A DNA stretch of 24,000 nucleotides from Tamlana crocina (lineage in GTDB: Bacteria; Bacteroidota; Bacteroidia; Flavobacteriales; Flavobacteriaceae), in contig CP158972.1 in the NCBI GenBank assembly GCA_040429635.1, positions 9,918 to 33,917 of the forward strand. Reading direction: 5' to 3'. Shown piece after piece: positions 1 through 10,604 of this stretch. The notes beneath the pieces were generated by a model. That model did not search any database, had not been told where the DNA came from, and saw only the letters and a program-made list of their open reading frames with translations. A program made the position numbers and the translations under genes. Positions within the stretch are counted from its first letter, which is position 1. Every line of letters starts with the position of its first letter.

Positions 1-2751
1 CCTATTCCCGGTGCCAATGTTATTGTTGTTGGAACTACCACCGGAACGGTTACCGATTTTGATGGCAACTTTACTTTAACCTATAGCCAGGCCCCACCCT
101 TCAAAGTACAGGCCAGTAGCGTAGGTTTTGAAACAGATACTAAAGAAGTTACTGCCAACAATCAAAACTTAACCTTTACCCTTAAAGAAGGTACCTCCCT
201 AGATGAAGTGGTTATTTCGGCTTCACGAACACCTGAACGTATTTTTGAATCGCCCGTTACGGTTGAAAGATTCGGACTAAAAGCATTAAAAACTACGGCT
301 TCTCCAGACTTTTATGGCGGGCTAGAAAATTTAAAAGGGGTTGACATCAACACCAACAGTCTAACCTTTAAATCAATTAACACCCGCGGCTTTGCCGCCT
401 TCGGGAACAACCGTTTTATGCAATTGGTTGATGGTATGGATAACTCGGCACCAGCCCTGAACTTTCCGTTAGGAAACTTAGTGGGGATGATTGACACCGA
501 CGTACAAAACATAGAACTGCTTCCGGGTGCAGCTTCGGCATTATACGGGGCAAATGCCTTTAACGGTATTTTATTCATGCAAAGTAAAAACCCTTTCGAT
601 TTTCCGGGAATCAGCGTTTCCATAAAGCGAGGTGTTACCTCCCAAGAGGCAGCAGGCACCAATCCGTACACCGATGTAGGCATGCGTGCCGCATATAAAT
701 TCAGTGACAAGTTTGCTGCTAAAGTGAATTTTGGATATTTAAGAGGAACCGATTGGATGGCCAATGATTTGGACGATAAAAATTTAGCGGGAGGCACCAG
801 AGAGACAAACATAAACTACAACGGTGTAAATGTTTATGGTGATGATTTTTCCATCAACATACACGATGTGGCTTTAAGGTTGGTCGAGCTGGGAAGAGCA
901 CCAGCTGGATCCGAAAACCTAGTTCCCTCGGTAGATGTAAGTAGAACGGGGTACGAAGAACAATATATGACCGATTATAAAGCCGAAAGTGTAAAAGCTG
1001 ATTGGGGACTTTATTACCGCCCATGGGCCAACGATTTCGAAATTCAATATGTGGGGAAAGTTGGCCGAGGATCTACCATTTACCAAGGTGCTCAACGTTA
1101 TATGATTGACAACTTTTCCATGCAGCAGCACAAATTGGAAGTTAGAAATGATAATTTCTTCCTACGTGGCTACATCACTTCTGATAAAGCTGGAGACTCT
1201 TATGTACTGGACGTAGCAGGCCCTAATTTATTAGCCAAATGGAAACCCCACGATGTTTGGTTTGGTGAATACACAGGCGCTTACATTCAATCGACTTTGG
1301 GCGGTGCCACTAACGAAGAGGCTCATGCCATTGCCCGCCAAACCGCCGAAACGGGACGCTTTATTCCAGGTACTCCCGAATATCAAAATGCGTTTGATGC
1401 CGTTATAAGCGACACCAACTTTTTAACGGGTTCAAAATTTCAGGATAATTCCAAAATTTACCATTCGGATGCCAACTATAACTTCAGCCACTTAATCGAT
1501 TGGGCCGAAATACAGGTAGGCGGTTCGTACAGAAGATACAAGTTAAACTCCTTCGGAACCATATATACCGACGCTCAAGGTCCCATTAACTATTCGGAAG
1601 TTGGCGTTTATACCCAAATTCAAAAAACAGTTATGGAACGCTTAAAGTTAACAGGCTCGATTCGCTACGATAAATCGGAACTGTTCGACGGATTCTTTTC
1701 GCCGCGTTTATCGGCAGGCTATACTTTAGGCGAAGACGAAAACCATAACGTTAGGGCTTCGGTCCAAACTGGTTTTAGAAATCCAAACACCCAAGATTTG
1801 TACATCGGGTTAGTTACCGGATTGGGCGTATTGATTGGTGGCGCCAATGATAATGGCGACCGTTTTGTACGGCCATATGAGGTGAGTCAATTTGCCCAAA
1901 ACAATTTGGGGCAACCATCTTCCATTTCTCAATCGGGTACTGCGGCCTACAATAACTCTCTATCCTCGACCGTGGCAGCAGGTTTGGCAACACACAACCC
2001 ATCTAGCAACGGAAGTGAATATATTGGAAACTCAAGCTATGTAAAACCGGAGCAAGTAACCTCTTTCGAAGTGGGTTACCGCGGAAAATTAAAAAATGTT
2101 ACCATCGATTTAAGTGCGTATTATAACACTTATCAAGATTTTATAGCGAACGAAACCGTGGCCGCTCCATACTACGGTAATGTTGCAAACTTCGATTTAA
2201 CAGGTTACGACCCTGCCAACCCGGCTTCAGTGGCGGGTTTAAACCAAGATACTCAGTTCATTCTTGCCGCCCTCCAAAACGATGATTTTGTAAGATACCA
2301 AACCTACACCAATTCAAGCACTGAAGTAAACTCATACGGTGGTGCCGTTGCAGTAAACACAAAAGTATTTGGCAATTTCGATCTTGGTGCTAACTATACC
2401 TACGCTAATTTCGATTTCGATAAAAAGGCCAACCCTAATTTCCGCCCCAGCTTCAACACACCTGAACACAAGGTAAAAGCTTCCTTTGGAAATACAGAAC
2501 TATTTAAAAACTTCGGATTTAACCTAGCTTGGAGATGGAGCGATAACTACTTGTGGCAATCGTCTTTTGGGGACGGCGAGATTGACTCCTATCACGTAGT
2601 TGACGCCCAATTGAATTATACAGTGCCCAGCATCAAATCTTCTTTTAAAATTGGTGCTTCAAACTTGTTGAACAATGAATACGCCACGGCTTTCGGTACC
2701 GGAAACATCGGATCGATTTACTACTTGTCTTGGACCATCAACAACCTGTAA
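1..2751 (+). CDS. TonB-dependent outer-membrane receptor (5' truncated by the window edge)
   Basis: Frame 1 is open from base 1: PIPGANVIVVGTTTGTVTDFDGNFTLTY... (carboxypeptidase-like regulatory domain), then EVVISASRTPERIFESPVTVERFG (TonB-box/plug) and a C-terminal beta-barrel ending ...YYLSWTINNL. Confidence 0.95.
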   Translation, partial: PIPGANVIVVGTTTGTVTDFDGNFTLTYSQAPPFKVQASSVGFETDTKEVTANNQNLTFTLKEGTSLDEVVISASRTPERIFESPVTVERFGLKALKTTASPDFYGGLENLKGVDINTNSLTFKSINTRGFAAFGNNRFMQLVDGMDNSAPALNFPLGNLVGMIDTDVQNIELLPGAASALYGANAFNGILFMQSKNPFDFPGISVSIKRGVTSQEAAGTNPYTDVGMRAAYKFSDKFAAKVNFGYLRGTDWMANDLDDKNLAGGTRETNINYNGVNVYGDDFSINIHDVALRLVELGRAPAGSENLVPSVDVSRTGYEEQYMTDYKAESVKADWGLYYRPWANDFEIQYVGKVGRGSTIYQGAQRYMIDNFSMQQHKLEVRNDNFFLRGYITSDKAGDSYVLDVAGPNLLAKWKPHDVWFGEYTGAYIQSTLGGATNEEAHAIARQTAETGRFIPGTPEYQNAFDAVISDTNFLTGSKFQDNSKIYHSDANYNFSHLIDWAEIQVGGSYRRYKLNSFGTIYTDAQGPINYSEVGVYTQIQKTVMERLKLTGSIRYDKSELFDGFFSPRLSAGYTLGEDENHNVRASVQTGFRNPNTQDLYIGLVTGLGVLIGGANDNGDRFVRPYEVSQFAQNNLGQPSSISQSGTAAYNNSLSSTVAAGLATHNPSSNGSEYIGNSSYVKPEQVTSFEVGYRGKLKNVTIDLSAYYNTYQDFIANETVAAPYYGNVANFDLTGYDPANPASVAGLNQDTQFILAALQNDDFVRYQTYTNSSTEVNSYGGAVAVNTKVFGNFDLGANYTYANFDFDKKANPNFRPSFNTPEHKVKASFGNTELFKNFGFNLAWRWSDNYLWQSSFGDGEIDSYHVVDAQLNYTVPSIKSSFKIGASNLLNNEYATAFGTGNIGSIYYLSWTINNL

Positions 2752-2771
2752 AAATTAAAACATTGCAAAAC

Positions 2772-4298
2772 ATGAAAACGTTAAAATATATATTCCTTTC
2801 TACTTTATTTATTGCTTTTTATTCCTGTGAGGACGATGACAGCAATACCGTTATGGAAGAACCGCTTCCGGAACTCACCGCCGGATCGGCAGATTTCTCA
2901 ACTTACGTAGCCGTAGGAAACTCTTTAACTGCAGGGTTTACAGACAATGCCCTTTTTAAGGCTGCACAAGAAAACGCTACTCCTAATATACTGTCACAAA
3001 AATTTGCTTTAGCAGGTGGAGGTGATTTTTCATTACCGCTAATGGAAGATAATTTTGGTGGCATTGCCTTTGGCGGTAACAGATTACCCGGTTTTAACCC
3101 GAGACTGGTTTTTGGTGGTGCCGGCCCCGTTCCGTTAGAAAGTGTAGTTGGACCAGTAACGGTGACCACCGATCTCACTTCAAACCCAACTGGTCCTTTC
3201 AATAATATGGGCGTGCCAGGCGCAAAAAGTTTCCATTTGTTATTTGATGGCTACGGAAATCCTGCTGGCTTACAAACTACACCAGCCACTGCAAACCCTT
3301 ATTTTGTAAGAATGGCTTCGGCTCCCAATGCCACTATTCTGGGAGATGCCATGGCCCAATCGCCAACCTTCTTCACCCTTTGGATTGGCAATAACGATGT
3401 ACTGGGTTATGCAACTTCTGGTGGAGATGGTTCAAACCCCATCACTCCCGTAGATGGTCCTCCAGGCGTTGGATTCAGCCAAACTTACGGGGCGCTGGTA
3501 ACCACATTAATCTCGCAAGGCGCGCAAGGTGTTGTGGCAAACATACCTTATGTAACCGATATCCCGCATTTTACAACCGTCCCACACAACCCCATTCCGC
3601 TAGATGCATCAACGGCCACCGCCGTGAATCAAGCTTACGCCGAATATAACGGTGGTATCCAAGCGGCACTAGCTGCTCTTGCAGGCACCGGTTTATTTAC
3701 CGAAGAAGAAGCCAATTTAAGAATGATTAATTTTTCAGCGGGTGCGGGCAACGCTGTTGTTATTGAAGATGAAAGCTTAACCGATCTTGGTGCTATTAAC
3801 CCTGCCTTTGCGGCGCTTCCAAAAATCCGTCAAGCTACGGCCGATGATTTATTGGTGCTTACCGCATCATCGTTTATTGGTACGGAAGCCGTTCCCGGAA
3901 ACTCTTTAACCGTTAATGGTGTTGCTGTTCCTTTGGCCGACAAATGGGTATTGATTCCTAGCGAGCAAGCTGAAATCAAAACAGCCATCGATGCTTTTAA
4001 TGCCACCATTAAAGCCACAGCAACACAAGCAGGTTTGGCCTTTGTTGATGCCAATGCCTTGCTTAACCAATTAGCAAACGGAGGCATTTCCAGTAATAGT
4101 TTCACTTTAAATTCCAGTTTGGTGTTTGGCGGCGCGTTTTCTTTAGATGGTATTCACCCCACTGCGAGAGGCAATGCTTTAATAGCCAACGAATTTATGA
4201 AAGCTATTGATGCCACTTACTCCTCTAACTTTGAGGCTTCGGGCAACTTGGTAGACATTGGTAACTACCCTACCAACTACTCGCCAACATTGCAATAA
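2772..4298 (+). CDS. SGNH/GDSL-hydrolase family lipoprotein
   Basis: Starts MKTLKYIFLSTLFIAFYSCEDD (lipobox-like Cys). Block I is YVAVGNSLTAGFTD and block V is DGIHPTARGNALIANEF. The tracked ORF start at 2730 is upstream of the likely ATG at 2772. Confidence 0.88.
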   Translation: MKTLKYIFLSTLFIAFYSCEDDDSNTVMEEPLPELTAGSADFSTYVAVGNSLTAGFTDNALFKAAQENATPNILSQKFALAGGGDFSLPLMEDNFGGIAFGGNRLPGFNPRLVFGGAGPVPLESVVGPVTVTTDLTSNPTGPFNNMGVPGAKSFHLLFDGYGNPAGLQTTPATANPYFVRMASAPNATILGDAMAQSPTFFTLWIGNNDVLGYATSGGDGSNPITPVDGPPGVGFSQTYGALVTTLISQGAQGVVANIPYVTDIPHFTTVPHNPIPLDASTATAVNQAYAEYNGGIQAALAALAGTGLFTEEEANLRMINFSAGAGNAVVIEDESLTDLGAINPAFAALPKIRQATADDLLVLTASSFIGTEAVPGNSLTVNGVAVPLADKWVLIPSEQAEIKTAIDAFNATIKATATQAGLAFVDANALLNQLANGGISSNSFTLNSSLVFGGAFSLDGIHPTARGNALIANEFMKAIDATYSSNFEASGNLVDIGNYPTNYSPTLQ

Positions 4299-4325
4299 AT
4301 AAAAGCAGATAAACATTTATATAAT

Positions 4326-4351
4326 ACCCTCGAAATGAGGGTGTTTTTTTA
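4326..4351 (+). terminator. Rho-independent terminator
   Basis: ACCCTC-GAAAT-GAGGGT stem followed by GTTTTTTT. Confidence 0.8.
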
Positions 4352-4397
4352 TTCCAAAAAACCTAGAAAAACAACTTTTATTTTAAATTAAAAGGTA

Positions 4398-4405
4398 TAT
4401 CTTTG
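4398..4405 (+). promoter_or_regulatory. Putative Bacteroidetes -7 promoter element upstream of atpD
   Basis: TATCTTTG matches the TAnnTTTG consensus about 60 bp before the atpD ATG. No clear -33 TTG was seen. Confidence 0.4.
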
Positions 4406-4462
4406 CAGCCGAAAACCAAAACAGTTTTCACACAATTAAATCGCATAATATTAAACAAATAA

Positions 4463-5974
<1,512 letters not shown>

Positions 5975-6048
5975 AATTAGTTGACAGTTTTCAGTCGCAG
6001 TTTTTCGGTGACTACAAACTAAAGACCACAAACTAAAGACTAAGAAAT

Positions 6049-6327
6049 ATGTATTTAGAAATCGTATCACCAGAAGCTACACTATTTAGCGGCGAAGTAG
6101 ACGCCGTAGCCGTACCAGGTGTAAATGGTGAGTTTCAAATGTTGAACAACCACGCAGCTATTGTTTCTTCTTTAAAGGAAGGCTTTATTAAAATTTCTGG
6201 AGCAGTGACCTTAAACGCCGATGTTGAGGACAACTTTTCAAAAGGAGAGAACAATACAACCCTATTGAAAATCAATTCCGGAACTGTTGAAATGAAAGAC
6301 AACAAAGTGATTGTTTTAGCAGACTAA
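6049..6327 (+). CDS. atpC: F1F0 ATP synthase subunit epsilon
   Basis: MYLEIVSPEATLFSGEVDAVAVPGVNGEFQMLNNHAAIVSSL is a typical epsilon N-terminal domain, and the gene is adjacent to atpD. Confidence 0.95.
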   Translation: MYLEIVSPEATLFSGEVDAVAVPGVNGEFQMLNNHAAIVSSLKEGFIKISGAVTLNADVEDNFSKGENNTTLLKINSGTVEMKDNKVIVLAD

Positions 6328-6349
6328 ATTTCATTACACAACATAAATA

Positions 6350-6379
6350 AAAACGCGAAACTTAGGTTTCGCGTTTTTT
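6350..6379 (+). terminator. Rho-independent terminator, possibly bidirectional, between atpC and umuD
   Basis: AAAACGCGAAAC-TTAG-GTTTCGCGTTTT, a 12-bp perfect stem followed by T residues. Confidence 0.85.
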
Positions 6380-6399
6380 TATGCCGTTAAGCCGTATTT

Positions 6400-6840
6400 T
6401 CAAACCTTTTTTATCACATTGGTTACAATGCCCCAAATTAAAAAATTATTGTCTTCCGTAATTTTAATGATAGGATAATCAGGATTTTCGGGCTGCAACC
6501 ACACCTCGCCTCCCGAAACACGCAAACGCTTTACTGTAAATTCGCCATCCAAAAAGCAAACGGCTATTTTATTGTTTGAAGGCTCCAAACTTCTATCAAT
6601 TACCAAAAGATCGTTATCCTCTAGCCCTGCCCCAATCATCGATTGGCCACTTACACGGGCATAAAAGGTCGCTTCTTTATTTTTAACCAACTCTTCGTCC
6701 AAAGACAAACGCTGCTCTTTAAAATCTTCAGCCGGCGAAGGAAACCCTGCCGAAATTCCAGCATCAAAAAAATGTGCCGCAGCACCATCAATGGTTTGCG
6801 GGGTAAAAAACGTTAAACTTCCAGATCTGTGTGCTATCAT
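6400..6840 (-). CDS. umuD: UmuD-like LexA/S24 family autoprotease, translesion polymerase accessory subunit
   Basis: AGFPSPAEDF cleavage region, SGQSMIGAGLEDNDLLVIDRS (catalytic Ser) and DGEFTVKRL (catalytic Lys). Confidence 0.93.
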   Translation of the reverse strand: MIAHRSGSLTFFTPQTIDGAAAHFFDAGISAGFPSPAEDFKEQRLSLDEELVKNKEATFYARVSGQSMIGAGLEDNDLLVIDRSLEPSNNKIAVCFLDGEFTVKRLRVSGGEVWLQPENPDYPIIKITEDNNFLIWGIVTNVIKKV

Positions 6841-8090
6841 CTTACTAAAATAATATCGTTAATGTTTGTGGTGTACCGCGGCGACAATCGCTCTTGGCGC
6901 ATTTTCCATGTACGCTTTAAGTCTTGGTTGCCCAATTTTATTTTATGGCTTTTGTATTTTGAGTTTAAAAAATCAATAGACTGCATTAAGGGTTGGTGCT
7001 TGGGGTTTTCCTTATCGAATAACTGTAACTGATGGTTATTGGTCGGCACCAAACCCGTAACGATTACACCCGCCCGTTTGTACTTAATGCCTTCCTTAAA
7101 AATAGCTGTTACGGCATCAACCGCACACTGGCTTATAATCAAAGAAGAACTGGTTGGGTAAGATAAGCTAATACTTTTACTTGTTCGATGTTGTGGCAAA
7201 TCTTTTTTATGCCTATCGCTGCTCAACATCACAATAATCATGTGGCAACTGGAACCTTGCTGCCTCAATTTTTCGGCGCAAGCGGTGGCAAAGGTAGAAA
7301 TGCGCTCTTTTATATTATCGATATCCGAATATGTATATTCAAAACTTCTGGTGGTGGCTATGGCCCGTTTGTTTTGGGGCTCGTCCAAAATTATTTTCGA
7401 ATTGCCTTCTAGATCTTTTTTCAATTTCCACTCGGTTATTGAAAAGGTTTTCCGAACCCATTCATCTGGCAATTGCGTAAAATCGTAAGCCGTTTTACAA
7501 CCTTTAGCCTGAAGCCTTTTGCTCAATCTTCGGCCAATGCCCCAAACATCTTCAATCTTAATCCACTTTAGAGCTTTAATACGCTTTTCTTCAGAATCTA
7601 TCACATAAATGCCTTTGGTTTGCTTCGGAAATTTACGCGCTATCCTATTGGCCACTTTGCTCAAAGCTTTGGTTGGTGCGATACCTACACAGGTTGGAAT
7701 ACCCGTCCATTTTAAAATCCGACTCCTGATTTGGGTGGCATACTCGTTAAAATTGTAATTATGGAATCCTTTAAATTGAAGAAAAGCCTCATCGATGCTA
7801 TACACTTCAACATCGGGCGTAAACTGTTCCAAGATTTTCATTACCCTGCTACTCATATCGCCGTACAACGGATAATTGGAAGAAAACACCTGAATGTTGT
7901 TGGCCTTGCAAAAGCCTTCCCATTTAAAAATAGGCGCCCCCATGGGCAACCCCAATGCTTTGGCTTCATCGCTTCGCGAAATAACACAGCCATCGTTGCT
8001 TAAAATAGCAACGGGCTTCCCCTGCAAATTCGGGTTGAACACCCGCTCGCATGAGGCATAAAAGTTATTACAATCTACTAAAGCAAACAT
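6837..8090 (-). CDS. umuC: Y-family DNA polymerase V catalytic subunit UmuC
   Basis: MFALVDCNNFYASCERVFNPNLQGKPVAILSNDGCVISRSDEAKALG, ...VYSIDEAFL..., ...GIAPTKALSKVANRIAKKFP-type motifs. Its stop overlaps the umuD start (ATGA). Confidence 0.96.
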   Translation of the reverse strand: MFALVDCNNFYASCERVFNPNLQGKPVAILSNDGCVISRSDEAKALGLPMGAPIFKWEGFCKANNIQVFSSNYPLYGDMSSRVMKILEQFTPDVEVYSIDEAFLQFKGFHNYNFNEYATQIRSRILKWTGIPTCVGIAPTKALSKVANRIARKFPKQTKGIYVIDSEEKRIKALKWIKIEDVWGIGRRLSKRLQAKGCKTAYDFTQLPDEWVRKTFSITEWKLKKDLEGNSKIILDEPQNKRAIATTRSFEYTYSDIDNIKERISTFATACAEKLRQQGSSCHMIIVMLSSDRHKKDLPQHRTSKSISLSYPTSSSLIISQCAVDAVTAIFKEGIKYKRAGVIVTGLVPTNNHQLQLFDKENPKHQPLMQSIDFLNSKYKSHKIKLGNQDLKRTWKMRQERLSPRYTTNINDIILVR

Positions 8091-8116
8091 ATGTAAATTT
8101 ACGTCTTTTCGATTAG

Positions 8117-8128
8117 TTTAACGTTAAA
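8117..8128. promoter_or_regulatory. Palindromic putative operator upstream of umuC
   Basis: TTTAACGTTAAA is a perfect 12-bp palindrome 27 bp upstream of the umuC start codon. Confidence 0.3.
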
Positions 8129-8147
8129 AAAAATGGGGTATGTGTTA

Positions 8148-8181
8148 AAAATCAATCCTTCTTTTTAAAAGGATTGATTTT
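8148..8181 (-). terminator. Terminator for the minus-strand symporter gene (symmetrical hairpin)
   Basis: AAAATCAATCCTT-loop-AAGGATTGATTTT, a 13-bp perfect stem 41 bp past the end of the symporter C-terminal reading frame. Confidence 0.75.
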
Positions 8182-8221
8182 CAATTTACTTAACAAAACC
8201 AGACAAGGATTCTGCAGCAAA

Positions 8222-10035
8222 TTACAGAACTGTACTTTTTACTTCTTTCCAGACTTTAATCAATAATACCGCAGAAATTAGAGCTGTACCGGTAAATATT
8301 ACAGCAAGATTAAACTCACCATAAATCCAATATCCTGTAGCGAACAAGCAACTATAAATAAGCGCACACCCAAAGAGCATAGCTAGAATGCCCGAAGGCA
8401 CACTCCAGCCTTCTTTAGTTGTTACTATGGTAATGTTTTCAGTTGCAGCTTCATCAACCACTTTTTTCCATCCTGGCCCACCAGGCTGTATTTTATTAAA
8501 AACAACTGTAGCACGTCCTTACTTTCCGGTTGGGTTAAAAAGGTAACGACCAACCACAAAATGGTTGTTACCAATACTATTGATGGAAATTTGGCCCAAG
8601 TTGGAAACACACTACTCTCTTCTCCAAAAAAGTATGTTCCCAAGGTTGTAAAATTCAATAAGATTGAAATAATACCCGATGAAAACATAGCTGCTATTTC
8701 GCTCCACGCATTGATGCGCCACCAAAACCAGCGTAATATAAAAATGAGTCCTGTTCCAGCTCCAAACATCAAAATAATATCGAACAACTGTAATGCATTC
8801 TGAAGTACCAACGCCAGCAATGCACTGCAAACCATTAAAATTACTGTTGAAATTTTACCTACAGCAACCTTCTGTTTTTCGGTAGCATTTTTATTAATCT
8901 GCTGAATATAAAAATCGTTAACAATATATGAAGACCCCCAATTTAAATGTGTAGAAATGGTTGACATGTAAGCTGCTGCCAACGATGCCAAAACCACCCC
9001 CAATAAACCTGCTGGTAATTTGGTAAGCATAGCAGAATAGGCCAAATCATGCCCCAATTTACTTTCAGTAACATTTGGAAATGCTTGTTGGATACTGGCC
9101 ACATCGGGATACACCACTAATGAAGCCAAAGCCACAATAATCCATGGCCAAGGACGTAAGGCGTAGTGCATAATATTAAAAAAGAAAGTAGCCCCAATAG
9201 CATGATTTTCGTCTTTTGCGGCAAGCATTCGCTGGGCAATATACCCACCACCGCCGGGCTCTGCTCCAGGATACCATGCACTCCACCATTGCACTGCCAA
9301 AGGGATAATCAACAAAACAATAAGCGAATTTGTATCGTTAAAATCTGGGAGCAACGAGAGTTTATCAGTTACTTGATTATTTTCAATTAAGGCAGCCATA
9401 CCACCCACCTCCGGAAGATTAACCAAGTAATATGCCGCACCAACTGAGCCTGTCATCGCCACAAAAAAGAGTAAAAAATCGGTATACACCACACCTTTAA
9501 AACCTCCTATGGCACTAAAAACAACCGTTACCAAACCAGCTATAATAACAGTTTGCCAAGGTTCCAACCCCAACATAATACCTCCTATTTTAATAGCTGC
9601 TAGAGTTACGGCCGACATCGCCAAAACATTGAACACCACTCCCAAATACACTGCACGGAAACCGCGCAAAAAACGGGCTGGTTTTCCGCCATAGCGCAAC
9701 TCATAAAACTCGATATCGGTACTCACTTCCGATTTACGCCATAACTTGGCATAAACAAAAACCGTAAGCAAACCGGTAAGCAAAAAAGCCCACCATACCC
9801 AGTTTCCGGAAACTCCGTTGGTTCTTACTATATCAGTAACAAGGTTTGGCGTATCGGTAGAAAATGTGGTGGCCACCATAGAGAGTCCCAAAAGCCACCA
9901 AGGCATGGAGCGTCCTGACAGAAAATATTCGGATGAATTTTCTCCCGATTTTTTTGACACCCAAAATCCAATAAATAATGTAATTGAAAAAAACAGAACT
10001 ATTAGTACATAGTCTATTGTATGCAGCTGCACCAT
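8222..10035 (-). CDS. Sodium:solute symporter family protein, apparently frameshifted near 8498-8502
   Basis: Main frame 8425..10035 starts MVQLHTIDYVLIVLFFSITLFIGFWVSKKSGENSSEYFLSGRSMPWWLLG. The expected C-terminus (NKIQPGGPGWKKVVDEA... plus two TM helices) lies in the adjacent frame as ORF 8222..8461. Confidence 0.85.
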
Positions 10036-10101
10036 AACGTTATTTGTTTGCTTTTGTGAATTGTAAATCTATTAGAATCATAATGAAAATGGTTTCTAAC
10101 T

Positions 10102-10550
10102 TTAAAATAGCTTCCCGTTTTCAATAATAACAAAGCCATTGCGCTTGTAAGTTACTTTGGTACCGTTGGCGCAAAACGTATATTTTCCGTTCGATTTACG
10201 TTCGGATGCCCACAACAAAATCACCTCATCAACGGTACAATTGTAATCTTTGGCCACTTTCTTTTTTACATCATCAATAGTGGCTCGGCCTTTTTTTAGT
10301 TGATTTTGAACCTTACCATTCAATTTTGGTTCTTCAAAATCTGCCGGCACATTACAGCCATCCTCTTCGAGCCCAGCCTCAACAAGTACTTCTTCAGCCT
10401 GTTTCGGAGCCTCCAAATCAATATATTCCCAAGTGTAATCAGCTTTCAACAATACACGCCTACCGTCTTCGGTTTTTACAATGTAATTGTTTTGGGCAAA
10501 ACCCGCGCGTACGATAGAATGGAAAGTAAAAGAACGGCGTATATTTTCAT
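10102..10550 (-). CDS. Small exported protein, DUF3157-like, apparently frameshifted within the signal peptide
   Basis: The mature part GFAQNNYIVKTEDGRRVLLKADYTWEYIDLEAP... is in ORF 10102..10593. The signal peptide MKIYAVLLLSILSYA is encoded in another frame from ATG at 10550. Confidence 0.65.
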
Positions 10551-10604
10551 GGTATATCTGTTTTGAATAGAACCAAAAGTACAAATTTTGCATACATTTG
10601 CTCT

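Noticed and set aside
8495-8510. Programmed -1 frameshift in the symporter
   Set aside because: The in-frame heptamer is G_TTT_TTA, not a true X_XXY_YYZ slippery site. No clear downstream stimulator was identified, and two similar breaks occur in nearby unrelated genes, so error or mutation is simpler.
10593-10600. TACATTTG as the bioF -7 promoter element
   Set aside because: It matches TAnnTTTG but lies only 4 bp before the bioF ATG (it would imply a leaderless mRNA), and no -33 TTG is at suitable spacing. Not strong enough to list as a feature.
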